From: Desulfotalea psychrophila LSv54
Lineage (GTDB): Bacteria; Desulfobacterota; Desulfobulbia; Desulfobulbales; Desulfocapsaceae
Direction: 5' to 3'
Length of the DNA stretch: 32,000 nucleotides
NCBI RefSeq assembly: GCF_000025945.1
Contig: NC_006138.1
Span: 570,001-602,000, forward strand
The translations under genes and the position numbers were made by a program. Position 1 is the stretch's first letter; each line of letters opens with the position of its first letter. Shown piece by piece: positions 9,684-18,600 of the stretch. The notes under the pieces were generated by a model. That model was not told the origin of the DNA. It saw nothing but the letters and a program-made list of their open reading frames with translations, and did not search any database.

Positions 9684-10163
9684 ATGGAAAAGATAGCAAG
9701 TTTCACCATCGACCACACCAAACTCAAGCGTGGAGTCTATGTCTCCCGCCAGGACAAGGTCGCAGGCAATGTAATAACCACCTTTGATCTCCGTCTCAAA
9801 GAGCCCAATAATGAGCCAGCACTTGACGGGGCAGCTAGCCATACCATCGAACATATTGGTGCCACATTTCTGCGCAACCATAAGACATGGGCTGACAGAA
9901 CAATCTATTTTGGCCCCATGGGATGCCAAACAGGGTTTTACCTCATCCTCGCTGGCGACTGGAAGGCCAAGGACATTGTACCCCTGATGCAGGAAATGTT
10001 TGCTTATGTTGCCCAATTTACAGGAACTATTCCTGGAGAGAGTGCCGTTGAGTGTGGTAATTTCCGTTTTATGGATCTGATCCAAGCCAAAGAGGAAGCA
10101 GGAAAATACTTTACTGAAGTTCTGGACAATATTGCAGAAAAGAACCTGTCCTATCCCTCCTAG
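9684..10163 (+). CDS. luxS: S-ribosylhomocysteine lyase (AI-2 synthase) LuxS
   Basis: 159 aa with the HTIEH metal-binding motif and typical LuxS length and sequence (FTIDHTKL..., GCQTGFY). A strong AAGGAGGG SD is present. The ATG directly abuts the pfs TAA. Confidence 0.9.
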   Translation: MEKIASFTIDHTKLKRGVYVSRQDKVAGNVITTFDLRLKEPNNEPALDGAASHTIEHIGATFLRNHKTWADRTIYFGPMGCQTGFYLILAGDWKAKDIVPLMQEMFAYVAQFTGTIPGESAVECGNFRFMDLIQAKEEAGKYFTEVLDNIAEKNLSYPS

Positions 10164-10175
10164 AAGAGAGACATT

Positions 10176-10625
10176 CTATCCCCGCCTTTTAGAGAACATT
10201 TTTTTGTTCCCTGAATAGTGGGGATCCAACTCATAGATATTTGCAATCTGTCTATGCGTTCGCTTTATTTTTGAAATACGCCTGTCCTGACGTAAAATAT
10301 TCCTTCCGGCACGATATACCAAATACCCCCCCAGCCCCACAAATACGGCGAGGAGGCAATAGAGAAGTACGACCAGAGAGAATACATCTGAGATGTGATA
10401 CTGTTTGGAGGTTGCAACCAACAGTCCCAAAACGGAGAGAGGCAGGGCAAGAGTTACAATTCCTATTTTCATCATGGCCAGCGAGGTACGCTTTTCCGCA
10501 AGCACACTCAAGATCTGAGCCGAAGCCTCCGCCACGTTTCTATCATCTTCTTTCTGCTTTTCACTCTCTCTCATAACCGATCCGCACCGTTTTTCCCGCC
10601 TGAGCAACCTTTCCGTATCACCCAT
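10176..10625 (-). CDS. DUF202/YidH-like small membrane protein (paralogue 1)
   Basis: It has an AEKRTSLAMMKIG motif (DUF202 ERT-x-LA-x-x-RT type) followed by 2-3 TM segments. It is a paralogue of 10768..11124. An alternative ATG lies at 10574. Confidence 0.6.
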   Translation of the reverse strand: MGDTERLLRREKRCGSVMRESEKQKEDDRNVAEASAQILSVLAEKRTSLAMMKIGIVTLALPLSVLGLLVATSKQYHISDVFSLVVLLYCLLAVFVGLGGYLVYRAGRNILRQDRRISKIKRTHRQIANIYELDPHYSGNKKMFSKRRG

Positions 10626-10767
10626 CCTATGGCAAGGCTATACCGAAACCACTCAGAATATTATCTATCAATAGCCCACAAGAACTCAAGATCCCATCAT
10701 CCTTCTAAACAAGGAAGCTATAAGAATAGCATCTTAGACTAAATACGCAAGCGCTAGAGACAATAGG

Positions 10768-11124
10768 CTAAAGTGCCAGTTCCTTATGATGGGATTTAAT
10801 TTCCGAGATAAGGGCATCCTGATAGAGGACATTACGCAGGGCCCGAAAGATAAAATAACCACCCAAACAGACCAACATAAGAAGAATACCAATAAGGGGA
10901 ATTAAAAACGAGATAACCCCCATTATATGATAGTATCGTGAGGTTGCTACAAGCAGACTCAAGATAGAGAGGGGAAGCGCCAAGGTTGCAATCCCAGTCC
11001 TCATCAAAGCCAGCGAGGTACGCTTTTCAGCAAGAATCAGCTGGATATTTCTTGCCGCAATGGTACTGCTACGTCTCTCAGCTTCACCTTTCTCAACTTC
11101 GACCATCTGTTCCATAATAATCAC
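10768..11124 (-). CDS. DUF202/YidH-like small membrane protein (paralogue 2)
   Basis: AEKRTSLALMRTGIATLALPLSILSLLVATSRYYH is clearly homologous to the neighbouring ORF (…AEKRTSLAMMKIGIVTLALPLSVLGLLVATSKQYH). Confidence 0.65.
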   Translation of the reverse strand: MIIMEQMVEVEKGEAERRSSTIAARNIQLILAEKRTSLALMRTGIATLALPLSILSLLVATSRYYHIMGVISFLIPLIGILLMLVCLGGYFIFRALRNVLYQDALISEIKSHHKELAL

Positions 11125-11433
11125 ATCCTAAAGCTATCCCTTCCCCCTTATCTATTGATGAGATAAGAATTATCAGAGTTTAGGGTAGAGGCTCGCGGTT
11201 GGGAAGTCTCTCGCTCAGATACAGGGGGTATTACTGGGAGGTTATACCGAGGCCACATCTCTAGCATATTGGCCTATAAAAAATCAATAGTATTTACCAG
11301 TTAAAATTTTTCCCTAGGGGAAAAAACCCTCCGATCCAGCGACTCTCTCTCCACCTCCCCCTTGTTTTCCCTCTATACTCAGCATAAACTGATGAATACC
11401 CTAAAAAATCAAACCCTACCGTTGAGAATAATT

Positions 11434-11940
11434 ATGAAGAGAGACTTCTACCAATTTTCAGCAACAAACCTGCAGGGCCAGAAGATAGCCATGAAGGAGT
11501 ATCGGGGCAAGGTGATGCTGGTGGTAAACACCGCCAGTAAATGCGCCCTGAGCTCGCAACTCAGGGGCTTAGAGATACTTTATAAGAAATACGCCCCACT
11601 AGGATTTGTGGTTCTGGGTTTTCCCTGCAATCAATTCACCCCTCAGGAATCCAGAGACGCGCAGAACATTGCCGAAGAGTACCTCCTCAACTACGGTGCC
11701 TCCTTTCCCCTCTTCACCAAAACAGAGGTCGTTGGCAAGGGAGCCCACCCCCTCTTCTCCTATCTGGAAAATAGATTAGAGGGCATAATGGGTCCCGACA
11801 TTAAATGGAACTTCACAAAATTCCTCATCGACCACAGGGGAGATCCGGTAAAGAGGTTTGCCCCCATCACCGCCCCAGCTATAATCGCCCCGGATATAGA
11901 AATACTCCTATCTGCGCAGAGCACTGCAGGCGAGCAATAG
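11434..11940 (+). CDS. Glutathione peroxidase family (Cys-type) thiol peroxidase
   Basis: GPx signatures are present: NTASKCA (peroxidatic Cys), LGFPCNQF and WNFTKFLI. The track ORF begins at a TTG (11362). ATGs at 11392 and 11434 are in frame, and 11434 gives a typical 168-aa protein. The start is uncertain. Confidence 0.8.
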   Translation: MKRDFYQFSATNLQGQKIAMKEYRGKVMLVVNTASKCALSSQLRGLEILYKKYAPLGFVVLGFPCNQFTPQESRDAQNIAEEYLLNYGASFPLFTKTEVVGKGAHPLFSYLENRLEGIMGPDIKWNFTKFLIDHRGDPVKRFAPITAPAIIAPDIEILLSAQSTAGEQ

Positions 11941-12516
11941 CTATTCTATATCCAGATCGTATTTGCTGAGCAGGCCATCCAACCCCATCATGGAAAATTT
12001 TGCCTTTTTCAGCCTGTTGGCATCGGGATCTATGCAGAAGTAGAAGGCAGAACGAAAATCGGCCTTTATCAGAGTCGTACCCTCAAAGGCAGCGCCCTGC
12101 AGATCACAGTCGGCAAAAAGCGCCGCCGTCAGATTTGCCCCGACAAAATCCACCTCTTCAAGCCGACAGTCCCGAAAGCTGGTCTTCTGGATCTCCAATC
12201 CCCGAAAGGAAGAGAAATCAAGAATACAGGTATCAAAGGAGAAGGAGATAAGAAAGGAGTTACAGAGGTCAAAACGCATCCCCAGTAACTTACAGTCCTT
12301 AAACGCCACGTCCCGAAGGGTAACACCATCGATCTTGGCCGAGGAAAGATCGCAATTTTCAAAACGACAGTTAATAAAAACAGAGCCAGCCAGAGAGGCA
12401 GAGGCCCAGTTACAAGCGGTAAAGAGACAACCTTCATATTCGGCGAGAGGAAAACTCATCTCCCGAAAATCCTGCTGCTCAAAAATTTGTTCTTCTATAT
12501 ATTTCATACTATCCAC
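11941..12516 (-). CDS. Pentapeptide-repeat protein
   Basis: 191 aa of tandem A(D/N)LxX-type pentapeptides (CRFENCDLSSAKIDGVTLRDVAFKDCKLLGMRFDLCN...). Its stop codon abuts the gpx stop. Confidence 0.8.
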   Translation of the reverse strand: MDSMKYIEEQIFEQQDFREMSFPLAEYEGCLFTACNWASASLAGSVFINCRFENCDLSSAKIDGVTLRDVAFKDCKLLGMRFDLCNSFLISFSFDTCILDFSSFRGLEIQKTSFRDCRLEEVDFVGANLTAALFADCDLQGAAFEGTTLIKADFRSAFYFCIDPDANRLKKAKFSMMGLDGLLSKYDLDIE

Positions 12517-12549
12517 AGAGCCAGGGGTAATCTTAACAATTACCCCTAA

Positions 12550-13032
12550 TTATTTTAAAATCCCAGCTTTCGCATCCACGCCATTTATTTTAGCAAAAAG
12601 CGCATTCATCATAGAGTCAATTCGTAGTGAAGCTTTACCAAATTTACTCGGGCTGGCCGTTACCTCTGGAACCTCATATCTTGCTTCGCCAACTCTCTGC
12701 CCCCCATAAAAGGCATCTATCCTCGCATCTTCCAGATAGAGAGCCATGTCCCAAGTCCAATGCCCTACATACTCCAGAGTTAGTTTCTCAAGGTCATGCC
12801 GAGAACCATCGGCTACAACCTCATAGCGATAATCATGCCTTTGCAACCAGGCCTCTATCGTCTGCAAAAATCCAGCACGGGTTTCTCTATCATCCACCAC
12901 AACAATATTAACTTCCCGGTCCAATTGAGAAATTGGCTGCACAGTATATTGGGGAGCTCCACAGGCAGACAAGAGCATAACGAACAGAGACATAACAAAA
13001 ATTCTAGCCACAAAACACCTCAATAGTTTCAT
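12550..13032 (-). CDS. Hypothetical lipoprotein
   Basis: 160 aa with a signal peptide ending in the lipobox LLSAC|G. No recognisable catalytic motif. Confidence 0.6.
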   Translation of the reverse strand: MKLLRCFVARIFVMSLFVMLLSACGAPQYTVQPISQLDREVNIVVVDDRETRAGFLQTIEAWLQRHDYRYEVVADGSRHDLEKLTLEYVGHWTWDMALYLEDARIDAFYGGQRVGEARYEVPEVTASPSKFGKASLRIDSMMNALFAKINGVDAKAGILK

Positions 13033-13044
13033 CTTTCATCACTC

Positions 13045-13087
13045 GGCAAAAGAGAGAGATCCCCTGACAATCTCCCGAAAGGGGATC
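13045..13087 (-). terminator. Likely rho-independent terminator after tctA
   Basis: A perfect 8-bp stem, GATCCCCT (13058..13065) with AGGGGATC (13080..13087). On the minus strand it is followed by a U-rich run (UCUCUCUUUU). Confidence 0.45.
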
Positions 13088-13098
13088 AGACCATTTTC

Positions 13099-14580
13099 CT
13101 AAACAGCTGCTGCCAAGCGACGCTTTTTAATGATCTGCCAAACAGGCGTGGCAATAAGGACAACTATAACAGCCCAAAGGCCCAAGGCCTGGGGACTGGC
13201 AAAGAAGATAGAATAACTACCATGCCCCATAATAAGTGCCTGAGCAAATCCTGTTTCGGCAATAGGACCCAGAATAAGACCGAGAATCAGGGCGCCGAGA
13301 GAGAAACCAGCCCGATGGAGGAGTACCGCTGTAATACCGCAGGCAAGAGCGACAAAGATATCAAAGAGACTGTTATTCATCGCATATGCCCCCAAAACAG
13401 AGAAGAGGCAGACAACAGGGATCAGCAAATTGATCGGGGTCAAGGCAATTTTGGCAAAATAGGGCGCCATGCAGAGGCCCATCACCAGAAAGACCAGATT
13501 GGCCACAAATAGGGAGAGAATAAAGGCATAGGTCATGGTGCCGTGGACGGTAAAGAGATCCGGCCCGGGAATAAGTCCATGGACAAGCAAGCCACCGAGC
13601 AGAGCAGCCGCTACACTGTTACCCGGAATACCCAGGGTAAGGGTGGGGATGAGAGAACCACCGACACAACCATTATTTCCAGCCTCAGCAGCTGCAATCC
13701 CCTCGGGATTGCCATGGCCAAAGAGCTCTTTGTTCTTCGAGCGCTGTCTGGCAATATTATAGGACAAAAAGGCGGCAATGGTTGCCCCCTCGCCCGGCAG
13801 AATACCAACAACCGTGCCCACAATGGACCCGGTACCAATGAACTTAGCAAGACCCTTGGGCATGGGTTCCCTCTTCATCTTGGTCAGCTTACTGGTATCG
13901 GCAACGATATTTTTTTCACCGGTCAGCTCCAACATCTGAGAGATAGAGAAGAGACCAATGAGGGCTGGCATAAAGGCAACCCCGTCAAAAAGATCAGTAA
14001 TGCCTCCAGTATAGCGCAACATCCCCGAAATGGGATCTGTACCCACCACTGCTACAACAAGGCCAAGCAGACCTGAAATAAGCGCCTTGATAAGACGACT
14101 TTCATCCTCAGCCATGGAGACAATTCCCGCCAGACCGAGAAGGGCGAGAAGGAAATATTCCGGTGGACCGAAGCTCAGGGCAAAGGAGGCCAGAATAGGT
14201 GCCACCAGGAGAAGCACCAGGGTGGAAAATGTTCCACCGACAAAACTAGAGATAACAGAAACCTTAAGCGCCAATCCTCCCTGCCCCTTCTGGGTCATGG
14301 GATAGCCCTCAAGAGCGGTGGCAACGGCAGCCGGAGTCCCTGGGGTCCGCAACAGAATAGCAGGAATAGAGCCACCGTACATGGCGCCACAGTAAACACC
14401 ACCCATAAGGAGCAAACCTGTGAGCGGTTCTAAGGCAAAGGTAATGGGGATCAAAAGGGCAACCGCCATGGTAGCTGTAAGTCCGGGCATTCCACCTACC
14501 AGAACACCCGATACTGTACCAATAAACACTGCAAGCAGTGAAATCGGTGTCATGAGTTGAGTAAAGGCATCAACAAGCAT
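13099..14580 (-). CDS. tctA: Tripartite tricarboxylate transporter large permease TctA
   Basis: 493-aa polytopic membrane protein with typical TctA sequence (GMPGLTATMAVALLIP..., GYPMTQKGQGG). It lies in tctC-tctB-tctA order. Confidence 0.85.
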   Translation of the reverse strand: MLVDAFTQLMTPISLLAVFIGTVSGVLVGGMPGLTATMAVALLIPITFALEPLTGLLLMGGVYCGAMYGGSIPAILLRTPGTPAAVATALEGYPMTQKGQGGLALKVSVISSFVGGTFSTLVLLLVAPILASFALSFGPPEYFLLALLGLAGIVSMAEDESRLIKALISGLLGLVVAVVGTDPISGMLRYTGGITDLFDGVAFMPALIGLFSISQMLELTGEKNIVADTSKLTKMKREPMPKGLAKFIGTGSIVGTVVGILPGEGATIAAFLSYNIARQRSKNKELFGHGNPEGIAAAEAGNNGCVGGSLIPTLTLGIPGNSVAAALLGGLLVHGLIPGPDLFTVHGTMTYAFILSLFVANLVFLVMGLCMAPYFAKIALTPINLLIPVVCLFSVLGAYAMNNSLFDIFVALACGITAVLLHRAGFSLGALILGLILGPIAETGFAQALIMGHGSYSIFFASPQALGLWAVIVVLIATPVWQIIKKRRLAAAV

Positions 14581-14601
14581 TATTTTCCTCGTTCGGATCG
14601 A

Positions 14602-15054
14602 TTAGGTAAACCAGATACGCTCTGGCAGAGGCACTGAAAGTAGTTGTTCAAAGACAAGGTAGACAAAGAACAGCACTCCTGCTGATGTCAGGACAATACC
14701 TAGCTTTTTACGGGCGCCGAGGGTGATCATGCCCGCAGGAAGAAACAGGGCTGAGGCCATATAGAAACCAAGGGGTTCCAGGGCAACTGAATAGAGAAGA
14801 AGAAGGGCCAAAATCCCCCAAAAACGGAGCGGTGCCTTGCTGATAATGACCTTATCTCTTCCCGCACCTACCTTTGAGAGGCAGAGAAAAAATTCAGCCG
14901 CACAGAGCAGACCAAGTGACAGGGCAAGGAAACGAACATAGTTAGCCGTTGAACCCTGTACGCTCTCAGGATAACTTGCCGTGCTTCTATAAAGAAGCAC
15001 GGCAAGAATCAAGAAGGCGCCTAGAAATAATAGTTCCATTGCGCGTTTTGACAT
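14602..15054 (-). CDS. tctB: Tripartite tricarboxylate transporter small subunit TctB
   Basis: 150-aa protein with 4 TM segments, located between tctC and tctA. Confidence 0.7.
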   Translation of the reverse strand: MSKRAMELLFLGAFLILAVLLYRSTASYPESVQGSTANYVRFLALSLGLLCAAEFFLCLSKVGAGRDKVIISKAPLRFWGILALLLLYSVALEPLGFYMASALFLPAGMITLGARKKLGIVLTSAGVLFFVYLVFEQLLSVPLPERIWFT

Positions 15055-15060
15055 AGCTCT

Positions 15061-16002
15061 CTACCAGGGATTGTTATCATAGAAAGATTGGGTTTCTGCT
15101 TTAAGCTCTAGCAAATACTTAAGATATTCAGCACCATTCAGGGGCCAAAGAGTAAAGACCTGCTTGGTGCACTCGGCAATGAAGGTGGGATCTTTTTGCA
15201 CCTGAGCAAGAAGGTCATCAAGCTTGGCAAGAATTGCAGGATCAACCTGAGCAGGGGCAACAAAACCACGGGTGGCGGTCATGGTTACCTCAAAACCCTG
15301 CTCGATTGCAGTTGGAACGTCAGCAATAATCGGAGAACGACTCCCATCAAGAATAGCAATAATACGCGCCTTGCCAGCCTTATGCTGCGCCTGCAGCTGA
15401 GAGAGATTCATGATACTTGCATCAACGTGGGCGCCAAGAATCATTGCCTTTTGCTCGGTTGAGCCCTTGGTTGGCATAAGGTTAAATTTTATGTCTGCCA
15501 TTTTCTCAATCTTTTTGGCCGCAATAAAGTCATCGGAACCAATGCCGTTTACAGCAGTGGTAAGACTACCTGCCTTGGCGGCCTTAATGAACTGGGACAT
15601 ATTGGTGATATTGCTATCGGTGGGCACGGCAACAATCAAAGGATCCTGCATAACGTTACCCATTACATGAAAGCTATCAAGGGTATAACGGGCGCGCTTG
15701 GAAACAATGTGAGCCACAACCTGGGTGGTAAAAACCATACCAATGGTATGTCCATTTGCCTTGGCTCGGGCAATTTCTTCAAAACCCTTTTGACCACCAG
15801 AACCAGGAACATTCTTGATGACAAAGTTTGCCTCAGGCCAGAATTTCTTGGCTGATTGAATAAAGAGACGGGCAGAAGCATCGGTGGAGCCACCGGCCTT
15901 GGAAGGAACAATAATAGTAATAGGTTTCTTACCAGGATAGTCCTTGGCAAGAGCGGGCATGGCAAACATCAAAATAGCCAACAAAATCAAAATCTTCTTC
16001 AT
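15061..16002 (-). CDS. tctC: Tripartite tricarboxylate transporter substrate-binding protein TctC (Bug family)
   Basis: 313 aa with a signal peptide and the Bug/TctC hallmarks PGKKPITIIVPSKAGGSTD and NVPGSGG. An AGGAGA SD is present. Confidence 0.85.
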   Translation of the reverse strand: MKKILILLAILMFAMPALAKDYPGKKPITIIVPSKAGGSTDASARLFIQSAKKFWPEANFVIKNVPGSGGQKGFEEIARAKANGHTIGMVFTTQVVAHIVSKRARYTLDSFHVMGNVMQDPLIVAVPTDSNITNMSQFIKAAKAGSLTTAVNGIGSDDFIAAKKIEKMADIKFNLMPTKGSTEQKAMILGAHVDASIMNLSQLQAQHKAGKARIIAILDGSRSPIIADVPTAIEQGFEVTMTATRGFVAPAQVDPAILAKLDDLLAQVQKDPTFIAECTKQVFTLWPLNGAEYLKYLLELKAETQSFYDNNPW

Positions 16003-16273
16003 AAACTTTCTCCTTAAAATTTAATAAAAACACCATATATTATAGTCTAAAACGATAAGACACATTGTAAAAGGGTCTTCTATGTACAGGTCGGCAGGAG
16101 GCTTGTCAATACTGCCACTCTATAATGAGAAACAATATTTAATTAAAGCAAAATAGATGTATATTAGCGTGAGTTGTTGCTATTTACTTATAACATATCA
16201 TTGAGTAGGCTAAGGTCATTACTACCTCAAAAAAATTTAGCACCCCTTAACACTAAACACAATTAAAAATATC

Positions 16274-16867
16274 ATGGATTTTATCTTCCCCCTTATCAGT
16301 TACCTATTGGGAGCAATCCCCTTTGGACTCCTTATCGGCAAGCTTGCAGGCCGAGATGTTCGCCTCGAAGGCAGCAAAAACATCGGTGCCACAAACGTCA
16401 GTCGCATACTTGGCAAAAAGCTTGGTTTTGCCACCCTCCTCTGCGACAGCCTCAAGGGTTTCCTACCAATGGTTCTGGCGGCAACCCTTTTACCATCTTC
16501 AGAAAACAGAGAACTCATTGTCTGCCTCTCGGGAGTAATGGGCGTCCTTGGCCATATGTTTCCCGTCTACCTGGGATTCAAGGGAGGCAAGGGAGTGGCC
16601 ACGGGGCTGGGAGTTTTCCTCTTTCTCTCTCCAGCAGCAATTGCCATCAGCCTCGGAGTTTTTGCGGCCTCTGTTTTTTTCTCAGGATTTGTCTCGGTGG
16701 GATCGCTACTGGCCTCAGGACTTATCCCCCTCTGGCTCTATCTGCTCGGTGCCTCTCAACTAAAGATTATCACCGCAGGATTTGTGGCTCTGCTTATCTG
16801 GATTAAACATAGAAAAAATATCAAACGATTGATGACCGGTACAGAAAAGAGCTGGAAGAAGAAATAG
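16274..16867 (+). CDS. plsY: Glycerol-3-phosphate acyltransferase PlsY
   Basis: 197 aa. It has LLGAIPFGLLIGK and GSKNIGATNV (PlsY motif GSGNxGATN) and a multi-TM topology. Confidence 0.9.
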   Translation: MDFIFPLISYLLGAIPFGLLIGKLAGRDVRLEGSKNIGATNVSRILGKKLGFATLLCDSLKGFLPMVLAATLLPSSENRELIVCLSGVMGVLGHMFPVYLGFKGGKGVATGLGVFLFLSPAAIAISLGVFAASVFFSGFVSVGSLLASGLIPLWLYLLGASQLKIITAGFVALLIWIKHRKNIKRLMTGTEKSWKKK

Positions 16868-16902
16868 GCCAAAATTACAGAAGATGCATCGGTAATTTTG
16901 CC
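16868..16902. terminator. Hairpin between convergent plsY and the regulator gene (possible bidirectional terminator)
   Basis: A 9-bp stem, CAAAATTAC (16870..16878) with GTAATTTTG (16892..16900), and a 13-nt loop. The stem is AU-rich and there is no strong U tract. Confidence 0.35.
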
Positions 16903-16926
16903 AAGGTCAACATGAGCAAAATAAGC

Positions 16927-18318
16927 CTAAGAGCTTATCCCGTATTTTTTTACCTTTCGGGAAAGAGTCGAACGTTCTACCTTAAAGACCTTGGCCAGGC
17001 TTGAGATAGAATCATGATTCTGCATGCCATAGCGTATGGCCTCTTTCTCCACCGCCTCCATAATATCCTTGAGACTTTTACCACGAAAAAATTTTTCCAA
17101 ATGAAGATCTAAGCCAGCCACCTGCTCACCTTGATCTATATCTCCCCCCTGGCCCCTGTGAATATCCTGTATGGCAAGAGGAAGATCTGCCAGACCAATG
17201 GCTTCATTCTCACAGCTTACCACCAGGCTGAGTATGATGTTTTCAAGTTCCCAAACATTACCTGGCCACTGATAGAGAGACATTGCCTCTTCAACTTCAG
17301 GCAACAAACGGAGCCTACGCTGGTACTGAAGACAAAATCTTTCGAAAAACATATGCGCAAGCGGAATTATATCGACCTTACGTTCACGCAGTGGCGGGAT
17401 ATGAGAAACAGCAACTCGCAGACGATAAAAAAGATCCTGCCTGAAACGCCCCGCCTTCACCTCTTCCTCTAAATTCCGACGGGTTCCGGCAATAATACGC
17501 ACATCGCCTCGTCCATCCTGAAGTGCCTCTAGCAGGCGACTCTGGAGGGGGAGAGGCAGTTCACCAATTCCATCCAGAAAAAGAGTGCCATGCTCGGCAG
17601 CCGTTAAAAACCCCACGCTATCCCCAATATCTATACCTGAAAACTTCTTCGATACTTGATCGACTAGCTCTGACTCTTCAAAATTCTCAGCAATATGGGT
17701 ACAATCAATTTTAAAGAATTTTTTGTCCCGACGGGGACTCATTTCATGTATTTTTCTGGCGAGAATATCCTTGCCTACCCCTGGCTCTCCCAATAACAAA
17801 ATTGTTGCATCGGTGCTCGCTACCCACTCAAGTCTCTGTAAGAGATCCAACATCCCCGAACTCTGAGCCACCAAACGATGCTCTTTAGAGAGAAGTTCCT
17901 CTTTGACCTTGCTGGCCCGCTCGCCCCGACCTGCCTCGGAGCTGTGGGTGACATCACGCACAAAGGTCACCACAAGCTCTACTTCTCCATGGACATCAAA
18001 CAGAGGATGCTCCGCAAGCAGAATCTTCTTGTCACCAACAAGCTGCACGCTGCTGAAGCTCTCACCCGTCCGCACAATTCCAGCATGCTCTACGCCAACA
18101 AAGATACCATCTGCATCAAGGTCATAGACACTCCTGGCCAAAAGATCCTCAGCACGAAGCCCCATCAGCTCTTCGTAGGCCCTATTCAGAGCAAGGGTGA
18201 TTCCCTCTCGATTAGTTATATACAGACCATCAGTGCATAAATTAAAAATTCCAGAGAGATTGTCAGCAATGCGTTGACGATATTCGGGACAAATATATTT
18301 TGAAATTAAACCGGCCAT
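16927..18318 (-). CDS. PAS / AAA+ (sigma-54-interaction-like, degenerate) / Fis-type HTH transcriptional regulator
   Basis: 463 aa. It has an N-terminal PAS-like region (DGLYITNREGITLALNRAYEELMGL), Walker A GEPGVGKD and a C-terminal HTH_8 (ISSLAKVFKVERSTLSRKVKKYGI). Where GAFTGA is expected it reads KFSGID. Walker B reads LFLDG instead of LFLDE. The segment after LLEALQDG is shortened to RGDVR. Confidence 0.85.
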   Translation of the reverse strand: MAGLISKYICPEYRQRIADNLSGIFNLCTDGLYITNREGITLALNRAYEELMGLRAEDLLARSVYDLDADGIFVGVEHAGIVRTGESFSSVQLVGDKKILLAEHPLFDVHGEVELVVTFVRDVTHSSEAGRGERASKVKEELLSKEHRLVAQSSGMLDLLQRLEWVASTDATILLLGEPGVGKDILARKIHEMSPRRDKKFFKIDCTHIAENFEESELVDQVSKKFSGIDIGDSVGFLTAAEHGTLFLDGIGELPLPLQSRLLEALQDGRGDVRIIAGTRRNLEEEVKAGRFRQDLFYRLRVAVSHIPPLRERKVDIIPLAHMFFERFCLQYQRRLRLLPEVEEAMSLYQWPGNVWELENIILSLVVSCENEAIGLADLPLAIQDIHRGQGGDIDQGEQVAGLDLHLEKFFRGKSLKDIMEAVEKEAIRYGMQNHDSISSLAKVFKVERSTLSRKVKKYGISS

Positions 18319-18470
18319 AAGAACCTAAAGATAAAATACAGCCTCTGCATCTTCCACAGGAGACTTTAAGAGAAAAGGATGCCAGAACAACTAACATAAA
18401 AGCAGGCTTCCATCCACAAAAACTGCCTTAAAATGCGAAAATACGAATAAGCACAGACTTATAAAAGATT

Positions 18471-18513
18471 AAAAAAAAGCCCCTATCTTCTGTTCTCACA
18501 GAGGCTAGGGGCT
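18471..18513 (-). terminator. Rho-independent terminator after cassette copy 1 (ald)
   Basis: On the minus strand the stem AGCCCCUAGCCUCUG-UGAGAA-CAGAAGAUAGGGGCU is followed by U8 (plus-strand A8 at 18471..18478). Confidence 0.7.
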
Positions 18514-18600
18514 AAAACAAAAACTCTACCAGATTGGTGGGGCAGGAGATCCTCCCCCGCCTCTATGCCAATAGGGCCTAATCTGTTTTTGAGGTATTCT

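Noticed and set aside
16103-16130. TTGTCA ... TATAAT in the tctC/plsY divergent region as a sigma-70 promoter.
   Set aside because: The spacer between the hexamers is only about 12 nt, too short for a functional -35/-10 pair.
16884-16892. GATGCATCG in the plsY/regulator hairpin loop, resembling the P1/P2 enhancer half-site.
   Set aside because: A 7-mer core is expected by chance several times in 32 kb, and another occurrence sits inside ald copy 2 at about 23987. The location at a gene 3' end gives no regulatory rationale.
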